The notes beneath the pieces are model-generated. The model did not search any database and had not been told where the DNA came from. It was given only the letters and a program-made list of their open reading frames with translations. A stretch of 64,000 nt of DNA. Origin: Bigelowiella natans CCMP2755 (taxonomy: Eukaryota > Protista > Cercozoa). The stretch covers positions 145,931 through 209,930 of the forward strand of contig ADNK01000048.1 of assembly GCA_000320545.1 (NCBI GenBank), given 5' to 3'. Made by a program: the position numbers and the translations under genes. This document shows, one piece after another, positions 41,133 through 53,241 of the stretch; the stretch's first letter is position 1; every line of letters starts with the position of its first letter.

Positions 41133-41567
41133 AGTTTTCCTCCTTAGGAGATTCTCGAGTGAGTATCTCATTAGCTGGATTATTTTCATTTCTTTATTTT
41201 TTCGGTGTGGGATAAATTAAATCTCGGCTTGTAATGCTCGCAGGGAAGTTCTTCCTCCTCGGCTGTGTTCACGAATCGAATTCTGGGAAAAATTGCAGAC
41301 TTAGTTGCGAATAGAGTAATGCTTATTGAGACAGCGACATTTACCTATCGTACGAAATGCATGAAATTACAGGAGAATTGGAGTAATTATGCGTCTTTCT
41401 TCTGCTCACCGGTGCCGATGAACATGTGGGTGGAAGGTCTGTCAATTTCAATGATTTGAGGATGAAAGAAACCCTGCGACAAGGCATATTGCACAATTTG
41501 TTCCTTTTCTTCCTCCTCTTCGGAGAATGGCAAGCGGCTCGCAACAGAACTCAATAGCATTACAAAC

Positions 41568-42482
41568 ATGTCCTCTTCAAGCCAAGTAATTAACCAGCCC
41601 ATCGATGCCTTCTACAATGTTAAGAAGTGCGTGGGAGACGGTACCAGCGCATCTGTTTACATTGCCAAAGATACTAAAACCGGAGAAGTGGTTGCCATAA
41701 AGCACTTTTCCGAGGACATATTAAATTCTCCATATACCTTCCACCGCGAGAGATCTGCGATGAATCTCGTCTCCCATCGAAATGTCGCCAAATGTATTGC
41801 ATCCTTTGCTGATTGGAAAGGTGCTCCTGCTATTGTGCTACCATATGCCCAAAATGGGGATCTACTTGATTTCATGATAAAACACGGACCCCCCTCCGAG
41901 AAAATGTGTAGGACTATCCTATGCAAAATTTTTCACGCAATAAAAGCTTGTCACGACTCTGGGGTGATCCATAGAGACATCAAGCCAGAAAACATTCTGC
42001 TTGATGCGAAATATCAACCTATTGTTTGTGATTTTGGTTACGCGGGGATTCCACTCTCATCCTCGTTATCCAGCCCAAACAAATGTTCGAATTGCTCTAT
42101 GACAACCAAGTGTGGGAGCAAGTCATATATGGCTCCTGAAATTATCAATGGCAATTATCAAACGTTAGCCATTGATATTTGGAGTCTTGGTGTCCTTGCA
42201 TTCATCCTTTACTGCGGTTTCCCACCTTATGCAAAGCCAAGTAAAAACGATTATTGGTATCGTAAGATATCAAGAGGTGATTGGACATCCTTCTGGAGAG
42301 CACACGAAGCACATGCTGAATTTACTAGTGATTTTAAGGATATGATTGAAGGAATGCTTTGCATAAATTCGAAAAAACGTGCAACACTAAAGGAATTACT
42401 AGAAAGTCAATGGATGGCAAAGGAAGTACTATCCTCAGAGGATCTCGAGAAAAATTTTCATGATCACATCAAAGCTAATTAA
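41568..42482 (+). CDS. Intronless Ser/Thr protein kinase, CAMK-group-like
   Basis: VGDGTSASV, VAIK, HRDIKPEN, DFG, CGSKSYMAPE, DIWSLGV; 304 aa. Confidence 0.95.
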   Translation: MSSSSQVINQPIDAFYNVKKCVGDGTSASVYIAKDTKTGEVVAIKHFSEDILNSPYTFHRERSAMNLVSHRNVAKCIASFADWKGAPAIVLPYAQNGDLLDFMIKHGPPSEKMCRTILCKIFHAIKACHDSGVIHRDIKPENILLDAKYQPIVCDFGYAGIPLSSSLSSPNKCSNCSMTTKCGSKSYMAPEIINGNYQTLAIDIWSLGVLAFILYCGFPPYAKPSKNDYWYRKISRGDWTSFWRAHEAHAEFTSDFKDMIEGMLCINSKKRATLKELLESQWMAKEVLSSEDLEKNFHDHIKAN

Positions 42483-43564
42483 TCAAGAATGAAGCTCCTT
42501 TCAAATGAGCATAATAAAAAAATAGAACGAAGCAACAAAATATTTAAAGAAAATGGAAAATAGAAAATAGAACCAATTAATAATCTTGCAGGAAGTCTGC
42601 TGAAGACAAAATAAGTGAAAACGTGAATTGCGATTCAACTAAATGAACAATTAAAAATAAGGTTCATTTATTTAATGTAGTCTCATTGCTACTGTGCGCA
42701 AATCTTTCAATGCTTCAAAAAAGAGCAATTATGCACCCGCTAGCTGTCATGTGTCGGGCATCGACCACGCACGCGCACGGGCCAAAGCAATAAACGATTC
42801 CACATTCACAAAATGCATAGGTGATCACAGTACGTGTGCACGTGCTAGCAGTCGTGTGGTGGCGGCAGATATCGTCATAGTCATATAGTCAGCGAGCGAC
42901 GTAGAATTTTATACACGTTGCTCATTTTGCGATCGGCGGGCATATCGCTATGCTAGCTAGCTAGACCGGGCGTGTCATCATACTGGCGGTATAGCGGCGG
43001 CGATGAACAGTGTACGAGCGATGCATGCTCTATATCTACACGCGCCACTCTAGCACTCTAGTGTCAGCATTCGCACGCACTATAGCACGACGACGACATG
43101 CAGCAGACTAGCTGAAAATTATGTTGTAATCTATATTGAATCTATTGACAAATGCGGGCAATTCTTTTCCTGACCGCGAGTACGTGCGTTTTGAGGAAGT
43201 GCACGTCTTTGCACATGTGGTAGGACACATGAAATCCTCGTTCCATATTACACATTGCCAAAATGCATGCCGCAACATAGATAGAGTCTCAAACAGAAAG
43301 CGACTGTCAATTATTTCAGTTACAATGAGATGCATACTACAAACTGGAACCATTTCTCTCAAAGTACCAAGACTGTACATGTTAGATGTGCTAATAGTAT
43401 TTTAGGACTAAAAATGCTATAGCATGACTTATGAGTGCAAATTTGCAAGGATCTCCCGGCTACGTCCGTGAGGACTGTACACGGCAGGGATAAACGCCCT
43501 TCTCTGCTTTTTGACGAATGGTTACGAATTAGGGAATTGCTGTCAATTCCGCGCAGGATTGGCG

Positions 43565-44259
43565 TTAATAGTTCGACAAAATGTCATCATGTGAGAGGTC
43601 CAGAACAATTTTTCGAGGTTTCCTCACGATGTGTAACGGATTCAAATCTTTCGACGCAGCAGCAGTCAATACTGGAAGGAATCGACAAGGGCTCAAAAGT
43701 GTCGCCAATAATCTCCCTTCCTTTGTTGCTTTCACGGAGATATTGAAGTATTCATCGTCGACAGCTAGTACCTGAGTCTTGTGATGTAAGCCTTTCGTTG
43801 TAAATAGAAGCGACCCTGATCCATATCTTCTTTGGTCTGTACAGTACTCCATCACCAGAGACATCAAGGACTCGGGAAGTTCAGTGTATTTTTGTATTTC
43901 CTCATGCATTCTCCATTTCAAATTCAAAATAGTGCAAGTGGCGTGGTGGGTGCGCTTTTGTATTGTTCTTAGCATTCTCGAATTGTTCCTTCGAGTCGAA
44001 TCCCAACGTATCCTCTCGAGGTTAAGGATATATTCCCTTCCAGTCGATTTCGTCACAAATCCGTTGTACGAAAAGTGATAAATGGTTGATATTGTGGGCC
44101 GTGTTTTATTCCTGATATCAACCTTGAAAGTCATTTCGAATTTGTCGCCGCTGCAGCTGCAAACCACGTTGTCCTGGGAAATGTGACAGGAAAGTGATTC
44201 TTTTGTATTTATACACAGAAATACACACACTGACACACTGACACACTGACACACTGACA

Positions 44260-44310
<51 letters not shown>

Positions 44311-44959
44311 GGTAGCGCTGGTGTATGAGGCATATGCCTCATGCCACATAAATCTAGAGATTGAATATGTTTCACCTTTACAACTGTTTTGGCGACTTCT
44401 GAGCAATAATTTCGTTTGGCCTCTTCGGACCAGGTCTTGAAGAACCCGTTAAATTTCTCAAATGTGACATCTCCAGGACTTATTTCGCATATGTCATTTA
44501 CAAGCTGTTGCCTTTGGGGAGACAGCTTAAAGTCCTGTTTCTCATATTCCAGTTCAAACCACCGGAAAAGCTCTTTCTTCTCGAGACTTCCGAAGGGCTT
44601 TGGAAAAATGACACAATACGGATGCACATACAAAATCAATTAGAGATTATGATGAGGAGGCACAAGAGGCGATATAGATAAGAAATTATTATTTTTACCT
44701 CATCTACGTCAACAGCGTCGAAGGTTCTTTGAATTGACTTTTCATCCCGTGGATTTATAAAGAAGTCTAGATCAAAGCTCTCAAGTACCCAGGATTTACT
44801 CTCACTGGCATGCATCAATAGGGAGTGTTTAGACTCGGGAATGCTGAACCTTTGGAATGCACAGAACTTTGCAGAATCATCTTCATGTTGGCATGATGCA
44901 CAGAACTTCGTAGAATCATGTTCAATTTGGTGGCCCGAACATGGAACACAATTGCCCAT
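43565..44959 (-). CDS. Putative N-myristoylated/palmitoylated protein with zinc-ribbon-like N-terminus and EF-hand-like motif (3 exons)
   Basis: MGNC start; CVPCSGHQIEHDSTKFCASCQ; exon junction FDAVDVDE|PFGSLEKKELFRW in phase; last exon is the C-terminal part of ORF 43565-44272. Confidence 0.65.
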
Positions 44960-45226
44960 GACTAGCTTCTGATTGTTGGTCCTTCAGTAGAAAGGCAAAG
45001 TGTTCGGTTGCCACATCATGCCATCTCCTCCATCATGAGTGGATAAGGGCGGGAATCAACAAGAATTGCGAAAACGTGGGCATTTATAGTCTGCGTCAAC
45101 CCAAAATTTCGGCTACGGGTACCACACTTCCATGATTTTGCGAAATGCAAAGAGTCTCGAGACTCTCTCAGGATGTACATGCTGCAATTCATTTCTTTTC
45201 TTCCTGGACAGAATTTCACCGAAATA

Positions 45227-46238
45227 ATCCATTGGAAATGTTCAATCCGAAACAAACTCTAGATTGCCAATTTCAAAAATCATTGTTTCATTGTTTCATT
45301 GTTTCAAAAAAACCTTGCATCGAGGAGGACATGACGGATGAATCAGCTTTGCAGCCCCACTGTCCTTTCAACCGCTCTGCCGGAATCATGGTTCAATCAT
45401 TCACTCACGATTGCACTCACCGCGTGGGCAGTCGTGTCTGCGTCACTCGATCGATGCCAGGCTCACAGTTTCACCCTGGGTGTGGCGGAAGTTGGACTTC
45501 CTAGACAACAGTGCACAATCGGCCAGTGATGAGGTGCAAGTCTTGTGCCCATTGTGAGCACATCCCAGTTCACACGTGTGTGTGTGTGTCAGGCCATCGC
45601 TCAGTCGATCCATCCCCACAACTTGACACGCACTTGCAAAGCACATGGACCACCTGCTCCGTTGTTTGAAGATGCGAGTGCACGGACCGCACACTGTCAC
45701 CGTTGATCACCCACCTTGTTGAAGCGACGAAGTGAACATGAGTCAACCACGATCAATGCCAGAATGCCTCAGTAGCCAATTTTTCCATCACACAACAAGT
45801 TCCCGTGCATCTTGCTGATTGGAACGAGGAATCAGTGCAAGTGTGAACAAACAAGTGAACGACTCCGAGACACGATGCGAACATCAATGGCCATCGTTGC
45901 AACGATCAACCTGTTCTTCGTTCCGGAACGTGGAAGTCAATGAGTCAATCAGCCACAATTCCACGTGAAGTGCGTCCTCTGCTAGTCCGTTCATGATGCG
46001 AATCGAAGGCGCATGCTAGCATGGTGCGGCTGCAACTGCAATGTGGACAATGCTAGAATGGCCGGTGTGCACGTTCTGTTCATGCTAGCACAGGCACACA
46101 TCAAAATGCAGCACATGGCATCAGTGTGATGTGCCTACGCACCATGCTGCCATGCTTCTACCGACAACTGACACAACATGGTGTGTCTGTGCGCAAACAC
46201 ACTAGCACAATGAATGGATGCTGAGCAATGCTGAGTGT
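45227..46238. pseudogene. About 1 kb hypermutated relic (TE or gene copy), fully depleted of TpA outside CTA/TAG
   Basis: 10 TpA in 1012 nt, all CTA or TAG; translations lack Tyr and are rich in Cys/His; no intact gene. The pseudogene/TE identity is inference. Confidence 0.55.
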
Positions 46239-46288
46239 TACTTTTTGGCAAACTTCATTTGGAACACAACAAATAAATCATTCTTGGT

Positions 46289-47537
46289 TTAGCATGAAAT
46301 TTCTAAATTTTGCTGCTTTTCGAAATCCTTGAGCTGTCTGATGAACCCTTCGTTCGGCATGATGCATTTTCTTGCATTTCTAACCTCTTCCATAGCAGTT
46401 TCTAAATTTATCCGCTTGTTAGTCATCAAATATGCCAAAACAACGGATGCACTTCGAGATATACCTGACGATAAGTGTTGCATGCAATGTGATTCTGATA
46501 TGGCAAATTGATGAGCAGTATAATTCCCTCGTCAATATCCTCGATTTAAGAGCTATTTTTGGGGAAAATCGCGGCAACCAAATTGTGTGAGAGAAATGAT
46601 TACCTTCCTGGCAGTGGACAAGCACATTTTTCCCCCTTCCGAGCGCACCATCGATACACAATGACCCTTCTTGTAAGAACGACATTATATCCTCTGTCTT
46701 TTCGTCCAAAAGCTTGTACTGCTCATACTCGAATTCGTTTGGAAAACTGTTTTTGAGTTCTCTGGTGCAGTTCCTATAAGCGAATATATCCGGTTAAACA
46801 CACCGATCGATTCTCAACAGCTGATTAAAAGCTGGGGGTACAGGCTCCACCACAAAAATTATGGTTTCGAAGGGCAGTATTGGAAATGGTAATCATATAT
46901 GATGTCATTGCTTTGCAAATTGCTCTAAATTCCAGATGACAAAAAGCTCGTAATACAAGATAAGGGAAATCCTTTTGGCACGTAGAAGCTGTTTATCCCT
47001 GGCTGCGCTTGCATCCCCGAGATATAGCGCCCCAGTTTCAATCCTTGTTGAACACTCACAATAGTACATATTGTGCTTTCTTCTCGGTGGGAGAATGAGA
47101 GAAACCGCAGGCCTTGAAGACGCCCAAGCTTTTTTCGTTGGCACTTTAATCTGATATGTTTTTACATCGGTCCTGGTTAGCAGATGCAGGCAAGAAAGGA
47201 CTAACAATGGGATCAAATACCTCTCCATTCCAGCGATCATGGGAGGTTTGTGAGGTTTTGGAACCCATTTTTTCACAGAACCTAGCGACAGGATAACGTT
47301 GCAGATACAGTTTTACTTCTGATCGTATCTTTCTTCGAACTTCCTTCTTCGGCTGCCATCATTATCATCATCATCATCATCACAATCATCATTATCACCA
47401 CCACTTCCATCGTCTGGTGGCCGTTGCGAAGTTGTCCAATCAATCTTCTGGAACGAAGAGTCGGAAGGTGTGCACGTGGATGGAACCCGAATGTTGTTGA
47501 AGCCTGAGAAACCCACCTCATTTTTTTCCTGCGACAT
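46289..47537 (-). CDS. Dual-specificity protein phosphatase (atypical DUSP)
   Basis: LYLGDASAARD; VLVHCQEG|ISRSASVVLAYLM (HCX5R); IMPNEGFIRQL; start probably MSQEKNEV. Confidence 0.92.
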
Positions 47538-47770
47538 GCTCAGCTTGTTGTCGCAGGACTCTGTTTTATTCTTCCGCGGAAACCTCGCAATTCTTTCAGA
47601 TGTTCTTCCGAATAAAAATGGACTACTACCACGTTTGCCCAGTCGTGAAATGACAAACAAACAAAAAGTGGCTATGGCAAGATTATACCTCGAAACAGTA
47701 TTTTATACAGCAGATATCGTAATATTTTGGTCCAGATCTAGGTGTTCCCTCTTAAATATCACTTCGGCTG

Positions 47771-49038
47771 ATGTGGTGTCCTCGTCGCCTGCCCCTATGC
47801 CCACGTCGTCTGACCGCGCCCAGGAGAATAGCCCGCTCCCCCTTCCGCCTCATCTCCGACTCTGCTCTAAAGTTTGATAGCTCTGAGGAGGTTTCTTATG
47901 AGCATGATAACTTGAAGCTCCGTCTTGTTATTATTGAACGTCTTATTTGTTTTGGATAAGCTTGAGCAGTATGACGATGTAATTCGCACCAATCCTGCGG
48001 AAGGAGTTGCAGAGGTCCGGTAGATCGGTTAATCGATGTTTTACCGTTTATCTTAAATACAATGCTTCTGTCATTAAATCATAGTTAACGCTCAACAGCC
48101 CAAAATCCCGAAATGCACTTTCTAGCCGGATGATGAGTATCCTTCAAAAGCATGTTGACCTGTTGGGAGAGGATGCATCCGTGCGTGCAGTCGTTCTCAG
48201 TGCCAATGGACCGGTAGAACACCGCTACCTAACCTCCTTAACCGGAGACTTAGTCGTAAAAATAGCAAAAAATTCTCTTCTACATCGTATCAGGTCTTTT
48301 GTGCTGGCCACAACCTCAAAGAAATGAAAGAAGTCAGGGAGAAAGGTGTCCTTCTTCTACCTCTGCTATTCGTCTGTCTTCCATCCTTCGTCATACATCT
48401 TCTCCACTTTCTTCGTATCCCATTACGCACATACATAATCAAGACAAAGGGGATGATGTTGACTCCTAACTGCACCTTGTCTGGCCTGTGCAACAACAGG
48501 TATCAAGGGGTATCAGCAGATATTTAATCAATGCAGGTCATCAGTTTTCCTCAATCATCTGTTTCCTTCGATCGTTTGGATAGTTACCATGCCTAGCCAT
48601 CTTCTTTAATTCGAGTTTCCATCATAACGTTTTGGAACGCTACCGGGAGATTTGGCCGTCTTTTGACTCGCCACACCGCTAACTGACTGCATTCACATGA
48701 CGGAACCCTTCACCGCACTAACGTAACATCCATCTCTAGACTGTGTGTTGATCAGCCATATTCCTCTTGTATGCTTACATCAGTGCATTGATGAAATCGA
48801 TTGTGCTGCTTCCAAAGCCAATCATCGCCCAGGTAGATAGATTTGGTAGCTCGTAGTAAAGACAAATATAAGAGGTCTGATTGACACATCGCCACCGTAT
48901 TGCGACGCAATGCACGGATAGAAGCGATCATTGGTAAGCGCACTCATGTGCAAAATCATTCTTAGGTCGAGGGAATAGCCACCGCCGCCGGCTGTCAACT
49001 GGTTACTGCCACAACACACTCATCCATATGTAAATGTA

Positions 49039-49101
<63 letters not shown>

Positions 49102-49239
49102 AAGAGGGGGGTTTTAAAAAGTTTATTATTCTGAGTGAAGGGGGCCATGGCGTCCTCTTCATTCTGCAAAGCAAGTCTTCTTCCTCGCCTTATATCATTA
49201 TCCTCACCATAATCACACCACCACCGCCCTGGTCATCAT

Positions 49240-49279
<40 letters not shown>

Positions 49280-50189
49280 ATCACAGGTGGCGTCCTGCGA
49301 CATGGCAGTGGCATGCAGGGAGAAGGTATATGGAATGTGCAATAAAAGATGATAGTAACAACGAAGCTGATGATGATGTATATGATGATGATGGTGATGA
49401 TGATAATGGGGGAATGTTGCATCCACATGACGACAAGCTTCTCATTTTGTTTCACTGATAAGGCTCGATTCGCTACTCCCGGCGTTAACATTGGCCTCTT
49501 TTGCTCCACGCCAATGGGTAGGATCGCTATTGTCTTCTTCGCGTCGTTGTCTCTCGTCGATGACAAGCAAAAATAAAGAGCACTGCATTTCGAGAGAATA
49601 CCTTTGAAAACTGCGCGCGCAGTGAAAGTCACAACACAAAATAACACGTAATTATAAGCACATAGCACTTCTTCTATCTATCTACTAGTGCAGCTACTGT
49701 TGCTACGGTTCCGTCTGTAGTACTTCATCTCCTCTCCTCCTACTCCTCCTGATGTCGTTTGTCTGCTTCTTCTTTCTTGTAGTGGCTCTGTCGAGAAAGA
49801 TAGGCAGAAACCATGCGATGGAAATGCTACTCACCGGTGAGTGAGTCAGTGAGTCAGTCAGATGATGCAATGAAATCAATCAATCAATCAACACCAACGA
49901 GAATACGTACTAAAACCTTTATCTGCTAAGAATAATAACAATGACAATAATAATAATAATGATGTATCATTATTATTTTCATTATTATTATTTTCAGGTG
50001 AAGCTGTTGATGCAAACGTAATACGACTAGCTTCTATCGCCTTCCAAATCTTCTCCTCCTCCTCCTCCTTCCCCCCCCTCACTCTCCATCTGTTGTGATA
50101 CTGATTGACGCTACTGACAATATCCACCAAATGTCATCACCACCACACCAGAAGAGAATCATTGACTGATCTCGCAACGGCAGTCACCA

Positions 50190-50222
<33 letters not shown>

Positions 50223-50715
50223 TCTCCCTCTCTCTCCCTCTCTCTCTGGTAATGTAATGATAATAATAATAATTAAAAATAATACTAACGATGCACACTT
50301 GTTCTCCCTTCTGTTTGTTGGTGGCTGACAAACACAAGAGAGCAATGGAAATCGGACTTGTGAATAGGGTCGTGGACTCTCCAGACATGGTCACTATCAA
50401 TACTCCGTTTTTTGCACCTTGAAACAGATATGATGTGTTTCATATGATGAAAGAAGACAGCAACAGCGAACTGTGACGCTTTTTCTTCTTCTTCTTCTTC
50501 TTCTTCTTCTTCTTCTTCATCTTTTCCTGATCGTTCCGTTTCCTTCCTCTCCTGCAATCAAAATATTGTAGATTTACAATTTGTTACTGTGACGTAGGTG
50601 TCCAGTGAAGCGATGTCGCTCGCCGCTTTGATCGCTCAGAAATCATCCAAAGCCGTCAAGATTGGAAAGAAGGCATTTTATTCTCAGGTTGACCCGAATA
50701 TATATATATATATAA

Positions 50716-50760
<45 letters not shown>

Positions 50761-51104
50761 TATATACATGTATAAATATGCATATATATATTTTTTAATT
50801 ACATTTGAACGCGTTTATTTACACAATATTGGTTTCGAAAGCTCGAGATGCCATTGGAGGAAGCATACGATTTCACCAGTGATGTGATGGCCGCAAACAT
50901 GATGGAGGATGACGCTGACGAGGTGCCCCAAACAAGCAGCAGCAAATCTGAAACATGCATATCTTAAAACTGAAACTCGAAGCTTCTTTTCGTCTTATAC
51001 CTCGACAGCAGAAGATTCATGTTCAGCATTTATTTTGGCCATTTCTGTGCTGGTAGGGGGTGACTGCATTTCTTGAGAAGCGGGCTCCAAAGTGGAATCA
51101 CTAA
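47771..51104 (+). CDS. ECHDC3: Mitochondrial enoyl-CoA hydratase domain-containing protein 3 (crotonase family)
   Basis: Arg-rich presequence MWCPRRLPLCPRRLTAPRRIARSPFR; LTLNSPKSRNALS; VFCAGHNLKEM; VEGIATAAGCQLV|ASCDMAVA; ARFATPGVNIGLFCSTPM|VALSR; GKKAFYSQ; GVTAFLEKRAPKWNH*. Confidence 0.93.
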
Positions 51105-51549
51105 GCTCTAGAGCTGAGAGCTGCAGAGGTGTCGTCAATTGCCAGATAACAGCACTCAATGTCCCCAAAAACGAAATGCACCCACTGGTGCTGCTGCAAT
51201 GGCACATCGTCGTCATTGAAGGCTGGCATGCTGCATATTATTATGCAGGTACTGCACAAGACAATTAGGGGATGCACGTAAATGTATTATTATAATCTGG
51301 TCACTCCATAATTTGCTATCTCGATCAATTCCTTGCTGCGCGCTGCATGCTATACGCGTACATCATGAGCGCAGTATCACTATATTAAATACTATTTCAA
51401 TACTGCCATTCTAAACTAGTATACGCTAGTACGTTTCTGCTGCTAGATACTGAGGCCTTGTGCTGTTGAAATTGTCTATTATCTTGATCGAAATTCATTG
51501 TTACATTCATCATTAACCTATTATGCGCCTGCTGCACGACTAAACATTG

Positions 51550-53206
51550 CTATACTGAAATGATCTGAAAGTCGCCGTCATCCCCATCATCATGCAGTGG
51601 GGCTTTTTGTCCAAAACTACTAGCATTATTACGTCCACTACTACTGCCAGTGCTACCACTAAGGACATGTTGTTGCTGCTGCTGCTGCTGTTGCCTTTGA
51701 TGAACGCTCTGGCAATATTTACCGCTACATCTACCAGTCGAATGGCTATTGTGTGAGGCAGCAGCAGCAACACCAGACTCATGAGCATCAGCGTTTGTCG
51801 GTCTATTGCTACCACCATGACGCGCTGATCTCACCACCTTCCTGATTCTCCTAGTATTTGATATCTTTGCCGGCTTCTCCCCCCCCTTTACGGTGAGACT
51901 CCGATTATGACGTCTATGGTGTGGCCGCTTGCTGTGCCTAAGCACTCGATGCTGTGGTGCTACACAGCACGATAAGAAGCTGCGAGGATGAGGATGGGGA
52001 GGGGAGGGGGGGGGGGTTAGCACTCAAAAGACGATTTGATTCAACGTGGCCACAAGATATGTAGTGGGTTCCTAGCTGCTATGTTCTCTCGTGCAGGTCT
52101 CTCATATTTGGCTGCTGCTCTACAACGTGTACTAGTACCAATAACAAATATATGCAATAACAGAAGATACATGTGTGAATATCTTCACATTTATATATAT
52201 ATGTATATATTTAATATTTTCATCACGTTGATGTTATCCGTGATGATAGTACTACTACTGCTACTACCACCACTACTACTACTACTTCCACCACCACTGC
52301 TACCAGAAGCAAAACTGTAATATGAGCAATGGTATCCAAAGCATCCTCCGATCTGCCTGGAATATCCTAGCAACAATCTACGTCGTCGTCGTGTAACAAA
52401 CAACTCATTGTTAGTTTCTGCTGCTGGGATCTCTCGATTATCACCATCTTGCTTGTATTTCCATTTTCACACGTCATCATCTCTTCTTCTCTCTCTCTCT
52501 CTCTCTCCCTCCCTTTCCTCCCGCCCCCCGCCCCCCTTCTCTTCGTTCTTTCACGCACAAGAAATGTGCTGGGCCTTGGCTGGGTCGTCCCAAACTGATG
52601 ACGCAGCACCTGTGTAGTTAGCAATATAGATGAATCGTCGTATCATTTTCTCCAAGCATCAACAGCAAGCAGCCAACTACCATTTCCTTGTTCGCAGGAC
52701 ACTGCATGGTGATGGACATCGATTGGCACGCAATGGTTGGAAGCACCGCATCCCTGCTTATCCTCACACTGCGAAGATAAATATCAAATCGGTTTTTCTG
52801 GTGTAAATCTTCAATGGCCGAGCGGTGCTATGGAGGTAGTACTGTCGCATGAATAATGCTGATAGGTTGTGTGTGCGTATATACTGTGCTCTGCGACGCG
52901 GACACTCAGCAGGAGGGAGACAAAATGGATGGGAGAAGGGGAGGGGGGGGGGGCGGGTTCCCTGCAGAGAGAGGAGATTATGGCAAGAGTTGATTTCGTA
53001 TGTTTAATACCTATACTGTGGTTCTATTCTACGCCGTTTTCGATGTCGTCGTCCTTCACGATTGCGCTGAGAAGTGTCTGGCCCTTGCTGCTCCTCTTTT
53101 TGGGATAACTGCCATGATTTCTTGTAGAGTGTGGAGAACGAAGACCCAAAATTTCTTTGATAGTACAAACACACAGGCATGACAAATATATTTATGAATG
53201 TTGCTG

Positions 53207-53241
<35 letters not shown>

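Noticed and set aside
45227-46238. Explaining the CA/TG excess by CpG methylation decay or classical RIP
   Set aside because: CpG is plentiful and TpA is lost rather than gained; the direction is opposite.
51002-51234. Another TpA-poor stretch
   Set aside because: Short, contains unprotected TpA, and overlaps the last ECHDC3 exon.
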